From assembly GCA_965219445.1 (NCBI GenBank), contig CBDCNQ010000003.1, positions 64,001 through 128,000 of the forward strand: DNA of 64,000 nucleotides, in the 5' to 3' direction. Origin of the DNA: Longimicrobiales bacterium. GTDB taxonomy: Bacteria > Gemmatimonadota > Gemmatimonadetes > Longimicrobiales > Gaopeijiaceae. How positions within the stretch are numbered: position 1 is the first letter of the stretch; every line of letters begins with the position of its first letter. The position numbers and the translations under genes were made by a program. A model generated the notes under the pieces. The model saw nothing but the letters and a program-made list of their open reading frames with translations, was not told where the DNA came from and searched no databases. Below are positions 1 to 10,374 of the stretch, in pieces.

Positions 1-234
1 GGAATAGGTTGAATGCCATGACTCCACTATAGGCCCTAGACCGCTCACGGGTATAGGCTTTAGACTGCTCGCGGTGGAGGGCATCCAAGATCCCATATCC
101 GTATGCACCCGGTCGAACGAGGCGTCCCGCAAAGCGCGGTAAAGTTGAACAATGAATCATTTATGCGTATTGATAGTCGCTGAATCACAAGACATCGGGG
201 CATCACCGATCCACGTTACGGAGCTTGTCCGATC

Positions 235-1359
235 ATGCGCAATTCAAGACCTCTAGTGGTTTCAATGCTCGTCGGTTTACTCGCCGTGTTCCTTCCCGGA
301 CCAGCTTCGTCTCAGGATCTTGGACCGGTTGGCCCCAGCCCTTATGACGTCGTCGAAGGGTGGCAGAAGCCATTCGCCAAGCAGGGCTTCGCGTTCGGCG
401 GTAATTCGGGTGTATTCGCCGAATCGCCAGATCGCATCTTCATCTCACAGCGTGGCGAAACCAGATTGCCCATCCCGATTCCCCCAGAATTCGCGGGATA
501 TGCGGGATCCCTCGGGATCAACACTTTACGGGCTACCGATCTGCGCACGTGGCAGAACTGCCTGTATACAATGGATGGTGATGGCAATGTGATCGACGTC
601 TGGGACCAGTGGGACTACTTGTGTGCCGGGTCAGAAGGACCTGGACCCCACAGGCTTCGCATAAACCCTTACGATCCCGAGCGTCGTGTGTGGCTCGTCA
701 ACGAGACCTTTCACCAGATTTACGTGTTCTCCAACGACGGCAGCGAACTGCTGATGACGCTGGGTGAGAAAGACACCCCAGGAGACGACGAGACCCATTT
801 CGGCAGGCCGCAGGACGTGGCTTTTTTACCGGACGGAAGAGTTCTGGTGGCTGATGGGCTGGACAATCATCGCGTCATCATCCTGGATAACGAGGGAAAC
901 TATCTGTCAGAGTTTGGAGGGTACGGAGACGGGCCCGGTCAATTCAATGGCATTCACGCGATAGGTATCGGGCCCGATGGTCTGATCTTCGCCCTCGATC
1001 GCTCGGGGGGTCGAGTCAACGTGTTCAGGACCACAGACGATCCGAAAGAAGTCGAGTTTGTGGATGTTTGGGGCGGTTTTGGCCTGACTTTGGACATCAT
1101 TGTCAACGAGGATAGCATCTGGATAACCACCCTCGGACCGCTCAGGTTCGTCAAGATGGACTTCGAGGGTAATCGGCTATACACGTGGCATGTCCCCAGG
1201 GAACTACCGAATGGGTATCTCGAAGTGCACACGATTACGGTCGACTCCGAGGGTAATCTCTACGGAGGGGACAATCAGTATGGCCGGACTCAAAAGTTCG
1301 TAGCCAAGCCTGACGCAGATCCGGAATTGATCATCGGGCCGCCGTGGGTAGCACGTTGA
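235..1359 (+). CDS. Exported NHL-repeat beta-propeller (PAL-like family)
   Basis: Signal peptide (..PASS-Q); NHL repeats FGRPQDVAF..VADG..NHRV, PGQFNGIHAI, EVHTITVDSEGNLY. Confidence 0.85.
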   Translation: MRNSRPLVVSMLVGLLAVFLPGPASSQDLGPVGPSPYDVVEGWQKPFAKQGFAFGGNSGVFAESPDRIFISQRGETRLPIPIPPEFAGYAGSLGINTLRATDLRTWQNCLYTMDGDGNVIDVWDQWDYLCAGSEGPGPHRLRINPYDPERRVWLVNETFHQIYVFSNDGSELLMTLGEKDTPGDDETHFGRPQDVAFLPDGRVLVADGLDNHRVIILDNEGNYLSEFGGYGDGPGQFNGIHAIGIGPDGLIFALDRSGGRVNVFRTTDDPKEVEFVDVWGGFGLTLDIIVNEDSIWITTLGPLRFVKMDFEGNRLYTWHVPRELPNGYLEVHTITVDSEGNLYGGDNQYGRTQKFVAKPDADPELIIGPPWVAR

Positions 1360-1452
1360 CTACGGCACCGGACATAGCGGACAAGCCGCGTCCAAGGCGC
1401 ACGGGGCTGTAAACACGACTAAGGCCTGTGGGTCTGTAAGCTTTCTCTAAGC

Positions 1453-2382
1453 TTACGGGGTCGCCACTCCGCCACCGAGTCCGTGCTGTGACAGAAAACG
1501 CTGAATCGTCTCGAAGATCGCCACCGTCTGTTCCCGATCGAAGCCACCGTGACGCCCATTGGGAACGGTGTGTAGCACGTTCGGCACGCCGACCGCTTCC
1601 AGCCTCTCGTGCAGCGCGACGGCGTGCTGATACGGGACCGTCGGGTCCGCATCACCGTGGATCGTCAACGTGGGTGGTAGTCCCGCCCGGACGTACTTCA
1701 TCGGGGACACGCGTTCGGCGATCTCGAATCGGTTCGCCAGGCTACCCATCCACTCGACTGCGTAACCCCGGGTATTGGGACCCTCGAGCAAGTCACCGAC
1801 ATCAGTGATCCCATACCAGTTGATGATCGCTGCTACGCGTAGCTCTTCGGAGCCCGGACACTCACGGTCCAGACCCGCCGATGCGGGGATCATGCCGGTC
1901 GTCAAGGCAAGGTGGCCTCCTGCCGAGTTCCCGGTCGTCACGATACGCGACGGATCCAGGTTGTACTCGTCAGCGTTTCGAATGACCCAACGCAGAGCGC
2001 ACAGCCCGTCCTCCACCGCCGCCGGCGCACGCGCCACCGCACCCAGGCGGTACCCGACGTTGACCACAGCCCATCCCATCTCGAGATAGGGCAGGATGCG
2101 AAGCACGTTGGCTTCCTTCGACCCGCCAACCCATCCTCCACCGTGGATGTACATCAAAACGGGTGTTGAACCGCTGGCGCTCCGTGGGACGTACAGGTCG
2201 AGCTTGTTCTCGTGGCCGCTCGCGACGTGATACGTCACGTTGGGCGTCACCCGGTACTGATTGGACACATGAGCCAGGAATGAGCTCGTGTCCCCGAGTT
2301 GGGCATTCGCCTCGTTCGGCGGCGCCGCCACCAGAAGTGCGACACCAAGGAACATGACGAAGGGGCTAGACCGTCTAGACAT
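1453..2382 (-). CDS. Exported alpha/beta hydrolase (esterase/lipase, HGGG type)
   Basis: HGGGW oxyanion motif, GNSAGG nucleophile elbow, HGDAD and GRHG catalytic Asp/His; signal peptide; GGAGGAG RBS. Confidence 0.9.
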   Translation of the reverse strand: MSRRSSPFVMFLGVALLVAAPPNEANAQLGDTSSFLAHVSNQYRVTPNVTYHVASGHENKLDLYVPRSASGSTPVLMYIHGGGWVGGSKEANVLRILPYLEMGWAVVNVGYRLGAVARAPAAVEDGLCALRWVIRNADEYNLDPSRIVTTGNSAGGHLALTTGMIPASAGLDRECPGSEELRVAAIINWYGITDVGDLLEGPNTRGYAVEWMGSLANRFEIAERVSPMKYVRAGLPPTLTIHGDADPTVPYQHAVALHERLEAVGVPNVLHTVPNGRHGGFDREQTVAIFETIQRFLSQHGLGGGVATP

Positions 2383-2489
2383 GTTCTCCTCCCATCAGTT
2401 TTAAACCCTTGCCTGCCAAAGAAACCTACGGGGTGCACTCACCCCCCGAAGGTCTACTCACTCCTCTCGACCTTGGGTCAACTTCCAGC

Positions 2490-4700
2490 TTAGGGTTCGC
2501 CTAACCGGAACACGTAGAGGGCATTGGCCTCAGGACGACTCACGAATTCCGTCGCCAGGAACGTTGCTATGCGCCACGGACTCCCACCATTCCGCGCTGC
2601 CGTCATGGCAATGTACTGCACGCCGTCCACCTCGAAAGTCATCGGGAACCCCTGGACCGAAGTACCGAGCCGGGTCTCCCAGAGCACGTCTCCCGTTTGG
2701 ATGTCATGGGCCCTGAACCATCTGTCATAGGATCCGGCGAACGCGAGTCCACCCGCAGTCGTCAACGCTCCTGTGAGGAAGGGCGCCCTCTGTTCGATAC
2801 TCCACACCTCTTCCAACGTCTCCACATCGAACGCCGCGAGCTTTCCAACCATCCCGTCCGTTCCGGGCATCTCCTTCCACGCGCGCTCCCCCCCACTGCC
2901 GCCCCCTCTACCTGGCTCCAGGACAACTTCGCGTCCGGTCATGTCCATGCAGCTTTGGCTCAGTGGAAGCACGATGAGGCCCGCATCCGGAGAGTAACTG
3001 GACGCCTGCCAGTTTTTCCCCCCAGCCGTAGAGGGGCACACCGACACCCACTCGCCTAACCTCGCGTTCGTGATATCGTCCCTGTATTGCACCGCGCCCG
3101 TTTCGGGATTGATCGAGAGAATGTTCTGGAAGACCGTCTCCTTCATACCCAGGAACGTCCCGTCTCGCCTGTCGAGCTTCCAGAGTACGCCATGTTTGCC
3201 GGTGGTGAGGAGGGAAGGCACGCCGTCGATGTCCGCGAGAACCTGCTCGAATCCTTCGTCCATGTCCAAGGACTCGCCCGGAACGTGCTGGCGGTACCAC
3301 ACAATGCGTCCGGTCTCCACATCGAGGGCCAGGGTCGAGTTCGCGTAGAGCGTCGAGTCGGCGGTGGTGAGCCCTCGGCTAGCGGCCACCCACGGCTTCG
3401 CCTGCGCGGTACCGAAGTAGACCAGGCCTAGATCGGGATCCCAGCTGCCGCCATTCCACAGTTCCCCCCCCGCTCGTAGCTCGAACGGGAGGTCGCCCCA
3501 GGTGTCTCCACCCGGCTCGCCGGGCCGAGTGATCACCTCGGTCTGCCAAAGAAACTCGCCATTACGGACGTCGTGGGCGCTGACAAAGCACTTTTGTTCG
3601 ACGAATCTGCCGCAACCGTTGACCCCGTTGATCACCTTCCCGTCGGCTATGATGGGTCCCGCAGTGTTACTGACCCCCATCTCTGGAGTCTCCCAGCGAA
3701 CGACTCCGGTCGGAGCGTCCAACGCGACGATCGCTCCGTCGGGCGTGGACGCGAGAACGAGATCCCCCCAAAGAGCGACGCTTTGCACCCGTTGACCGAT
3801 GTTGGCGTCCTTTCTGCGGTACTCCCACAGGAGCGTGCCGTCTGTGCCGTCCAGCGCCTGCACGGAGCCACCCGCAGTGGTCAGGAAGAGAATGCCCGAT
3901 CTCTCGAGAGCTGCGGTCCGGTACCGGCTTCCATCGGGCAACGCCCAGACCCAGGCAAGCTGCAGGCGATGGACGTTCTCCGTATTGATCTGCGTCATGG
4001 GGCTGAAACCGGTCGACCCGGGAGAGCCTCGCCAATGCAGCCAGTCTCCATCGGGAGGCGAGGCCAGATCGGCGTCCGTCACCGGAGCAAACCGCTCCGG
4101 CGTGCGAAACGTCTCCGTGACGCTCGTGGCGGTTTCAGATAACGAGCCAAGAAATTCAGGCGGAGCCTGTCTCGTGTCCGGCGAACGGATCGTCCCGACC
4201 CGGCCGGGAATCGGAGGAATACCCCCCACAATCGTGGCTGCGGCCTGCGCACCCGGAATCACCGTTCCGCTGGAAGCCATGCTCAGTTGAGTTCCGCCCG
4301 CCGGTACCTCGTTCGCTCGCAGCAAATACGCCACAACCGAGGAGACCTGCTCGGTGCTCAGAGAGCCGGCAGCTTCGGGCGGCATGGTGGCCGCGATCAG
4401 CTCGAGTAGATCGCCCACCGGCCGGCCACCCCACTGGTTTCGGAAGTTTGGGCCGGCCAGCTCAGGAGCCTCGAACGAGCCCTGGAAATCCGTCAGGTGA
4501 CACACCGAGCACGTGCTCTGATACACAGCCGCCCCGGCCTCGGCCTGGGCGTTCGTGTAGGACCCCGAAGGCTGCTGCCCGGAGGCGGGGGTCGCCCATA
4601 GGATCACCACGCTCAGTGAGAGCGCAGAGAGAATGCACAGGCCGGCCCTTGTTAGATTCTCCGGGTACGAACGAACTAGCATCAAGTTGGGGAAATTCAT
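2490..4700 (-). CDS. PQQ-binding beta-propeller dehydrogenase with N-terminal cytochrome c
   Basis: CSVCH heme motif plus TMPP; PQQ repeats ([42 protein letters not shown]); start moved to ATG 4700 behind GGAGG. Confidence 0.88.
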   Translation of the reverse strand: MNFPNLMLVRSYPENLTRAGLCILSALSLSVVILWATPASGQQPSGSYTNAQAEAGAAVYQSTCSVCHLTDFQGSFEAPELAGPNFRNQWGGRPVGDLLELIAATMPPEAAGSLSTEQVSSVVAYLLRANEVPAGGTQLSMASSGTVIPGAQAAATIVGGIPPIPGRVGTIRSPDTRQAPPEFLGSLSETATSVTETFRTPERFAPVTDADLASPPDGDWLHWRGSPGSTGFSPMTQINTENVHRLQLAWVWALPDGSRYRTAALERSGILFLTTAGGSVQALDGTDGTLLWEYRRKDANIGQRVQSVALWGDLVLASTPDGAIVALDAPTGVVRWETPEMGVSNTAGPIIADGKVINGVNGCGRFVEQKCFVSAHDVRNGEFLWQTEVITRPGEPGGDTWGDLPFELRAGGELWNGGSWDPDLGLVYFGTAQAKPWVAASRGLTTADSTLYANSTLALDVETGRIVWYRQHVPGESLDMDEGFEQVLADIDGVPSLLTTGKHGVLWKLDRRDGTFLGMKETVFQNILSINPETGAVQYRDDITNARLGEWVSVCPSTAGGKNWQASSYSPDAGLIVLPLSQSCMDMTGREVVLEPGRGGGSGGERAWKEMPGTDGMVGKLAAFDVETLEEVWSIEQRAPFLTGALTTAGGLAFAGSYDRWFRAHDIQTGDVLWETRLGTSVQGFPMTFEVDGVQYIAMTAARNGGSPWRIATFLATEFVSRPEANALYVFRLGEP

Positions 4701-4895
4701 CTGTTTTCCCGCCTCCAGCGGATGGGCAACGGTGGGATCGCGCGCTGAGCGGCGCATCCATAAATAACCGAGCTCCGACTCAGAAGCCCCCCGAGATGCG
4801 CGTCGGACACTGGCACATTGAGGGTTGTCATACCCTTTCGTCAATGGCACCAGAGGGTTTGGCTCAGATCTCAGTGATCCACGACAAAGTGAATC

Positions 4896-7751
4896 TCAGG
4901 GATTCAACCAGTAGCTGACCTTGAGCATGAAGATGTTGTCGGGCTGCAGGCCGAACAGAGCACGTGCGTCCCGTCCAAGCTTGAACTCACCGACGCCGTC
5001 CTCCAGCCTACCCCCGCCTGTGCGTAACAGCTCCTGTGAGCGAGTTTGCTGCCACACGAGAAACAGGGTGCTCCCGGGGCGCCACTGCCATCGGAGCACG
5101 GCGTTACCGAGGAGTGACCGGAAGTTGAAGTCGAGAGGACTGACCTGGAAGGTCCCGGAGCCGGTGCCGTCGGGATCGACTGTGAACCCACCGTCATTAT
5201 TGCGGGTCACCGTGCCGACGTCCCGACCGTAGCGAAGGAAATCGAAGCTTCGCGGTGCGGTGAGCTCCATGAGTCCGGAGTAGTCCCCACTTGAAACGAA
5301 GGGCTGTGCGTACAGCTCGAAGGTGAGGTCAGGACTGAACGTAACGTTCAGCCGGGTCTCCACACCGACGGTGGTTTGGTCGAGAGGGGCGAACACGTAG
5401 CGCCGGCCAAAAGTTTGAGTGGCCGCCGGATCCGAGACGGTCGTGACATATTGAGCCGCCGCGCGAGTACGGCTCACATTCGTCCCGACCTGGAGCTCGT
5501 AGATCTCCAGGAATCGAACCCCCAGCGTGAGATTTCCACCTCGGCTCCTGCCCCCCTCGTCGTCCTCCGCCAACTCAAAGCCTGCCTGAAGCTGCCAGAT
5601 TTTGCGCCGATCGGTGTTGAAACCGACGCTCCCAGAATAACCGGAGGGCTGACGGGTCAGCGGACCGCCTCGGGTCAGCCTGTCGTTCCAGACCCCGAAC
5701 TGACGCGCGACGCGGGCATTGATTTGGTTGAAGCTCACGTGCTGTGCCCGAAGAGAGAGACTGGTCTCGGCCGCAACCACCTCGCCGCCGAAGTTGAGCC
5801 TACCGATCGTGCCTGCGTTGACACTCAACGTGCGAAAATGCCGCCCAGCGGTAGGCTGCTCGTACCCGAAACTCGACCTCATTTCCATCCGGTCGGCCCA
5901 GCTCTGAAAACCCAGGTCGTTTACTTCGTAGCCTGGACTGATCGCCGTCACCCCTAGGTCGCCCTGCCAAGTCCCCGCCTGCTTGACCAGGTCGAGCTTG
6001 CCGTAGAGGCCGTTGAGCGATGTGGCCGACGGGTCGAACTGGAGATGGGTCGCGTCCGGCCGGTCCAGGTAGCGTGCCGAACTCTCCTGCGCACGTGTGA
6101 TCGCATCGATGCTCCCGTTCACGCTGCTCCCCGATAGCTTCCCGGCGAGCAGCCATTTCTGGCTGTTCCATTCGATCCGGCCGTCCATCCCGATCGAATA
6201 CGCTGACGACCTCAACCGTGCCTCCAGCTCTTTGCTGCCGAGAGCACGATTCACGCTGGTCGCCACCAGCCCGAACGAACCCGTCCCTTGACGAATGTCG
6301 CGTCTCAGGCGCGCCGCCAGGTAGTTCGCCCGCGGCTCGACTTCCGTCCCCGCCTTCACGCCAGCCACATCCACCCAGGGGGCGCGCACCCGATCAGTCA
6401 CTGCATCCAGGATTCCCACCGACCAGCCGTTCGCCGTTTTTCCGGAGATCTTCATCGCCCCGAGAATGGTCGTTGAACCGGGAACGTCCATGTACTCCGC
6501 CTCGCCCGGCAGGACCCCTTGCGGAGGCCTTCCGATGCGCCTGGAGTAGACTAATTGCACCTCCGATCCGCCTGGCCGGCCCCCAAGGTCCCCAAAGCGG
6601 AAAATCTCGGCGCCCTCCACGAAGAAGGGCCGCTTCTCCTCGAACCGCGTCTCGAACGCCGTCAGGTTGATCACTGCCGGGTCCAGCTCGACCTGGCCGA
6701 AGTCGGGGTTGACCGTCGCGTCCAGCGTGAGGTTCGTTCCGAGCCGGTATTTCAGATCCAGTCCCGCGTTCCCGAAGAAGTCCGATCCGCTTCGGAACGG
6801 GTTGTCGAACCCCGCGGCCTCGCTACGCGGAATCTGCAAGTACTCTGCACGACCCGTGACGTAAGGAAGAATCTCCAGACGCTTTCCCTGCCCGATCCCC
6901 TCGATCCCGTCCAGATGGCCGAAGCGGGGTACCCCGCCGGGCTCACTGCGGGGAGTGAACGCCCAGGTGACGTCTTCGCCCTTACGCCTCAGCTTGCGCT
7001 CGGTCTGAAATCCCCAATGCTGAACTTCGTCCGCCCGGTATCGAAGCTGGCTGAACGGAATCCTCATCTCCACGAACCAGCCCTCGTCGGTGGTCATAGT
7101 TTCGACGTCCCAAACCGGGTCCCACGAGGTGTCCCCGAGCCCTCCTCCCGCCACTTGGATTTGATCTTTCTGGACTCCCGACGGCCACGTACCGAATCGA
7201 TAGGCGGTACGATGATCGTGATAGCTGTCAAACAAGACCACGAAGAAGTCTGAGTCGGGCACCCCCGCATCCCTCCGTGCCATACGGCTGAACACCTCTC
7301 CTTCGTCCCACAACCAGGCACCGACATAAATTGCATCGTCGTCATAGAGAAGACGGACCTCCGTCTCCTCGCTGACTGGCTGACCCTCGTCGGGAATCGT
7401 CTGACGGAAGTCGGTGATCGCGGGCGCGGTCATCCATACGACCTCGTCCAACAGCCCGTCGATCACAATCGGTCGGTCCGTTCGAACGGCCTGTGCCCGG
7501 GGTGCCAGCCCGTCGTGAGAATACGCCGCCGGGGCCTCGCTCTGTGTACCCGTATCCTCCGCGTCCAGCTCGGTGTCCTGGGCCAGCACCACTCGGGGGG
7601 CCCAGAGGAGCACGGAGCCCGCGACCGCGGCAGCGACACGCCGAGGCCGAGGCCTGATGCCCCGACGGCGGTGAGAAGGTACCCGAGAGCACTGGTGCGT
7701 GGGAACTCGGTCCTCGAGGGCTGTGTTGAGGCGGGCGACGGTGTCGGGCAT
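4896..7751 (-). CDS. DUF5916 / CBM9-like domain outer-membrane protein
   Basis: IDGLLDE..W, EMRIPFSQLRY, TVNPDFGQVELD, EKRPFFVEG, C-terminal WRPGSTLFLVW..KVSYW. Confidence 0.85.
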   Translation of the reverse strand: MPDTVARLNTALEDRVPTHQCSRVPSHRRRGIRPRPRRVAAAVAGSVLLWAPRVVLAQDTELDAEDTGTQSEAPAAYSHDGLAPRAQAVRTDRPIVIDGLLDEVVWMTAPAITDFRQTIPDEGQPVSEETEVRLLYDDDAIYVGAWLWDEGEVFSRMARRDAGVPDSDFFVVLFDSYHDHRTAYRFGTWPSGVQKDQIQVAGGGLGDTSWDPVWDVETMTTDEGWFVEMRIPFSQLRYRADEVQHWGFQTERKLRRKGEDVTWAFTPRSEPGGVPRFGHLDGIEGIGQGKRLEILPYVTGRAEYLQIPRSEAAGFDNPFRSGSDFFGNAGLDLKYRLGTNLTLDATVNPDFGQVELDPAVINLTAFETRFEEKRPFFVEGAEIFRFGDLGGRPGGSEVQLVYSRRIGRPPQGVLPGEAEYMDVPGSTTILGAMKISGKTANGWSVGILDAVTDRVRAPWVDVAGVKAGTEVEPRANYLAARLRRDIRQGTGSFGLVATSVNRALGSKELEARLRSSAYSIGMDGRIEWNSQKWLLAGKLSGSSVNGSIDAITRAQESSARYLDRPDATHLQFDPSATSLNGLYGKLDLVKQAGTWQGDLGVTAISPGYEVNDLGFQSWADRMEMRSSFGYEQPTAGRHFRTLSVNAGTIGRLNFGGEVVAAETSLSLRAQHVSFNQINARVARQFGVWNDRLTRGGPLTRQPSGYSGSVGFNTDRRKIWQLQAGFELAEDDEGGRSRGGNLTLGVRFLEIYELQVGTNVSRTRAAAQYVTTVSDPAATQTFGRRYVFAPLDQTTVGVETRLNVTFSPDLTFELYAQPFVSSGDYSGLMELTAPRSFDFLRYGRDVGTVTRNNDGGFTVDPDGTGSGTFQVSPLDFNFRSLLGNAVLRWQWRPGSTLFLVWQQTRSQELLRTGGGRLEDGVGEFKLGRDARALFGLQPDNIFMLKVSYWLNP

Positions 7752-7927
7752 GGCGCACAAGATGAGTCCGAGAGGTGTGGGGCTGCAAGCACCTTCTCAG
7801 CAGATCTAGCTCGCCTTTTCAGCAGTTGGCTCGCCAGCTACTTTGCCCCGGCCAGCCTCAGGCGGGCCGGTCGCCGTTCTTTACGGTGAGCCTGACATCG
7901 TCCACGGAACGAAAAGTGAGGGCCGAC

Positions 7928-8821
7928 ATGACACGCAAAAAGGCGAGCGACTTCGATCAGGGGCTTCTCGATCTGTTCGATAAGTACGTTCACGGTTTCA
8001 TCAACCGCCGTCAGTTTCTCGACCGTGCCTCGGCCTTCGCCGTAGGGGGTGTTTCCGCCGCCTCCCTGCTGGAGAGCCTGAGCCCCAACTACGACGATCG
8101 CCAGCAAGTGAGGAGTGACGACGCGCAGGTGAGCGGAGAGTACGTCGAGTACTCCTCGCCGCGGGGCGCCGGCACGATGCGCGGATACTTGGTGCGACCG
8201 GCGGGTTCGGACGGTGACTTGCCAGGCGTGGTCGTGGTTCATGAGAATCGAGGCCTCAACCCGTACATCGAGGATGTCGCACGCCGTGCAGCGCTCGCCG
8301 GATTCCTGGCGTTCGCGCCCGACGCGCTTACGCCGCTCGGCGGCTACCCCGGCAACGATGACGACGGTCGTACGCTTCAGGGCCAGCGGGATCGCGCCGA
8401 GATGCAAGAGGATTTCGTTGCGGCCGGAGGCTTCCTGAAATCCCACGAAGAGTGCACCGGGAACATCGGCGTGGTGGGCTTCTGCTACGGTGGTGGGATC
8501 TGCAACATGATGGCCGTGCGCATCCCTGACCTCGGGGCTTCGGTTCCCTTTTACGGAAGTCAACCCGCGGGAGAGGACGTAGACAGAATCAACGCGCCGC
8601 TGCTCATCCACTACGCGGGTCTGGACGAGCGAATCAACGCCGGATGGCCCACCTATGAGGCCGCGCTACAGGCCCACGACAAGACGTACACGATGCACAT
8701 GTACGAGGGCGTCAATCACGGATTCCACAACGACACGACGCCCCGTTACGACGAAGCAGCGGCCACGTTGGCATGGCGGCGGACCATCGACTTCTTCAAC
8801 CGGACGTTGCGCGGAATGTAA
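7928..8821 (+). CDS. yghX: Dienelactone hydrolase family protein (YghX-like)
   Basis: [17 protein letters not shown]-terminus, [14 protein letters not shown] nucleophile Cys, [11 protein letters not shown]. Confidence 0.88.
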   Translation: MTRKKASDFDQGLLDLFDKYVHGFINRRQFLDRASAFAVGGVSAASLLESLSPNYDDRQQVRSDDAQVSGEYVEYSSPRGAGTMRGYLVRPAGSDGDLPGVVVVHENRGLNPYIEDVARRAALAGFLAFAPDALTPLGGYPGNDDDGRTLQGQRDRAEMQEDFVAAGGFLKSHEECTGNIGVVGFCYGGGICNMMAVRIPDLGASVPFYGSQPAGEDVDRINAPLLIHYAGLDERINAGWPTYEAALQAHDKTYTMHMYEGVNHGFHNDTTPRYDEAAATLAWRRTIDFFNRTLRGM

Positions 8822-8867
8822 GTCGCTTGCCCCATTGACCTCCGCAGCCGAGAGAGCGGTTGGTCCG

Positions 8868-8909
8868 CCGAGGGTTTTGGGGTCCCAAGTGGGACCCCAA
8901 AACCCTCGG
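8868..8909. terminator. Perfect 20-bp inverted repeat between convergent genes (possible bidirectional terminator or REP-like element)
   Basis: ccgagggttttggggtccca-ag-tgggaccccaaaaccctcgg; no flanking U-tract, so function is uncertain. Confidence 0.5.
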
Positions 8910-8964
8910 GTTACGTGCCGCCCGACGTTCCCTTAGATCGGCGTCAGCTTCTGATCGGGCACAG

Positions 8965-10215
8965 TCACCAAGCCACACGCAGCTGCCGTCCCACGATCTT
9001 CGCAGGGTCGGCGCCGGGCCTCGGGACGAACTTTTGTACCCGGCCGGCGAACACTTCCGAAATGTACAGGTTGCCGTCCCGATCGGTCGTGATCGAGTGC
9101 GGGCCGTTGAAGTGCCCGTAACCGTCGCCCGGGGTGCCCCAGCCATAGATGTAATTTCCCGCCAGATCGTACTTCAGCATTCGGCCTGAACTGCCGTCCG
9201 CTACCCAAAGGAAGTCCTCTCCTGTCGGATCCTGGAGAATCTCGATCGCGTACGGGAGAGACTCCCCCCGCATGCCAGTCGGGAACATGAACTGGTAGTT
9301 CCCGTTCTCGTCGAACACCTGGATCCGCGCGTGAGCCCGATCCGACACATAGATCAACCGGTCCGCACTGATCGTGATGGCGTGGACGGTGTTGAACTCG
9401 TTGGGACCCGGGTTGGCGGGATCGGCCGGGGCCTCGCCCCAATCCATGATGAAGTTGTCGTTGGCGTCGAACTTCGCTACGCGCGTTCCGACGTAGCCGT
9501 CACTGATGAAGTACGTCCCGTCGGGCAGCCAGGCGATGTCCGTCGGGCGCGCGAAATTGTTCGGCCCGCGTCCGGGCATACTCCGCTCTCCATGTGTGAG
9601 CACCAGCTCCCCGTCGTAGGTGAACTTGTGGATCTGATGGAGGTTGTCGTCGACGACCCAGATGTGCTTCTCCGGGTCGTAGGGGTTCATCTTGATCTTG
9701 TGCGGTCCGCGCCCGCCCCGTACGTCGAAGAGTTGGTCGTGCTGCGGCCAATATTCGACAAGCTCTCCTTCGGAATTCACAGCGATCATGACGTGCAGGT
9801 ACCGCCGCTCATACCCGCGAACTCCGTTATCGTCGTTGGGCGACGAGTTCCCGCGGGAGGGGTCCAGGAGGGCGTAGGGTGTCCACGGATCCGCCCCTTC
9901 CGGGAGCGGGAGCTCTCCGCGCATGGCGATCCAGATTCGGTCTGTGCTCTCGGCAAAGACCGCCCCCATGGACCCCCAGGTCCAACCGTCGTGGGAGTGG
10001 TCGTCGTCCGGCAGAGGCTGCGGGAACGGCTCAGGTCGGCTGTAGTGGCCGAACAGCTCCTGCCCGTCATGCACCAGCATGCCTTCCTGCATGCTGCTCA
10101 TGGCCATGACTTCGCCTCCTGACCCGGTCTCCTGCGGTGTACAACCCGCAGTCAAGACGACCCCAAGGACCGCAACCAACGTCAGCAGCTTGGAACACCG
10201 ATACGATGAACTCAT
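8965..10215 (-). CDS. NHL-repeat lipoprotein, peptidyl-alpha-hydroxyglycine lyase (PAL)-like
   Basis: Lipobox LTAGC; GPH, PTDIAW..ISDGY, VHAI, VSDRAHARIQ, GPHSI; GGAGGAGG RBS before ATG 10215. Confidence 0.85.
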   Translation of the reverse strand: MSSSYRCSKLLTLVAVLGVVLTAGCTPQETGSGGEVMAMSSMQEGMLVHDGQELFGHYSRPEPFPQPLPDDDHSHDGWTWGSMGAVFAESTDRIWIAMRGELPLPEGADPWTPYALLDPSRGNSSPNDDNGVRGYERRYLHVMIAVNSEGELVEYWPQHDQLFDVRGGRGPHKIKMNPYDPEKHIWVVDDNLHQIHKFTYDGELVLTHGERSMPGRGPNNFARPTDIAWLPDGTYFISDGYVGTRVAKFDANDNFIMDWGEAPADPANPGPNEFNTVHAITISADRLIYVSDRAHARIQVFDENGNYQFMFPTGMRGESLPYAIEILQDPTGEDFLWVADGSSGRMLKYDLAGNYIYGWGTPGDGYGHFNGPHSITTDRDGNLYISEVFAGRVQKFVPRPGADPAKIVGRQLRVAW

Positions 10216-10374
10216 AATGCCCTCCTCCCGGGGTGGTACTCCGGTATGCGACGGTTCGTAATCAAACACCTTTCCATGGTGTTACCCGCTGACCACCGGC
10301 CAGCGGAGTCTCAATCAAACGATCAGAATCCACTCTTTGTCCCCCACGCGCCAGTCCTCCTGGGCTTTTGCTCC

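Noticed and set aside
1..19. Possible start of a minus-strand gene (ATG at 19, GGAG upstream)
   Set aside because: Only six codons are visible at the window edge.
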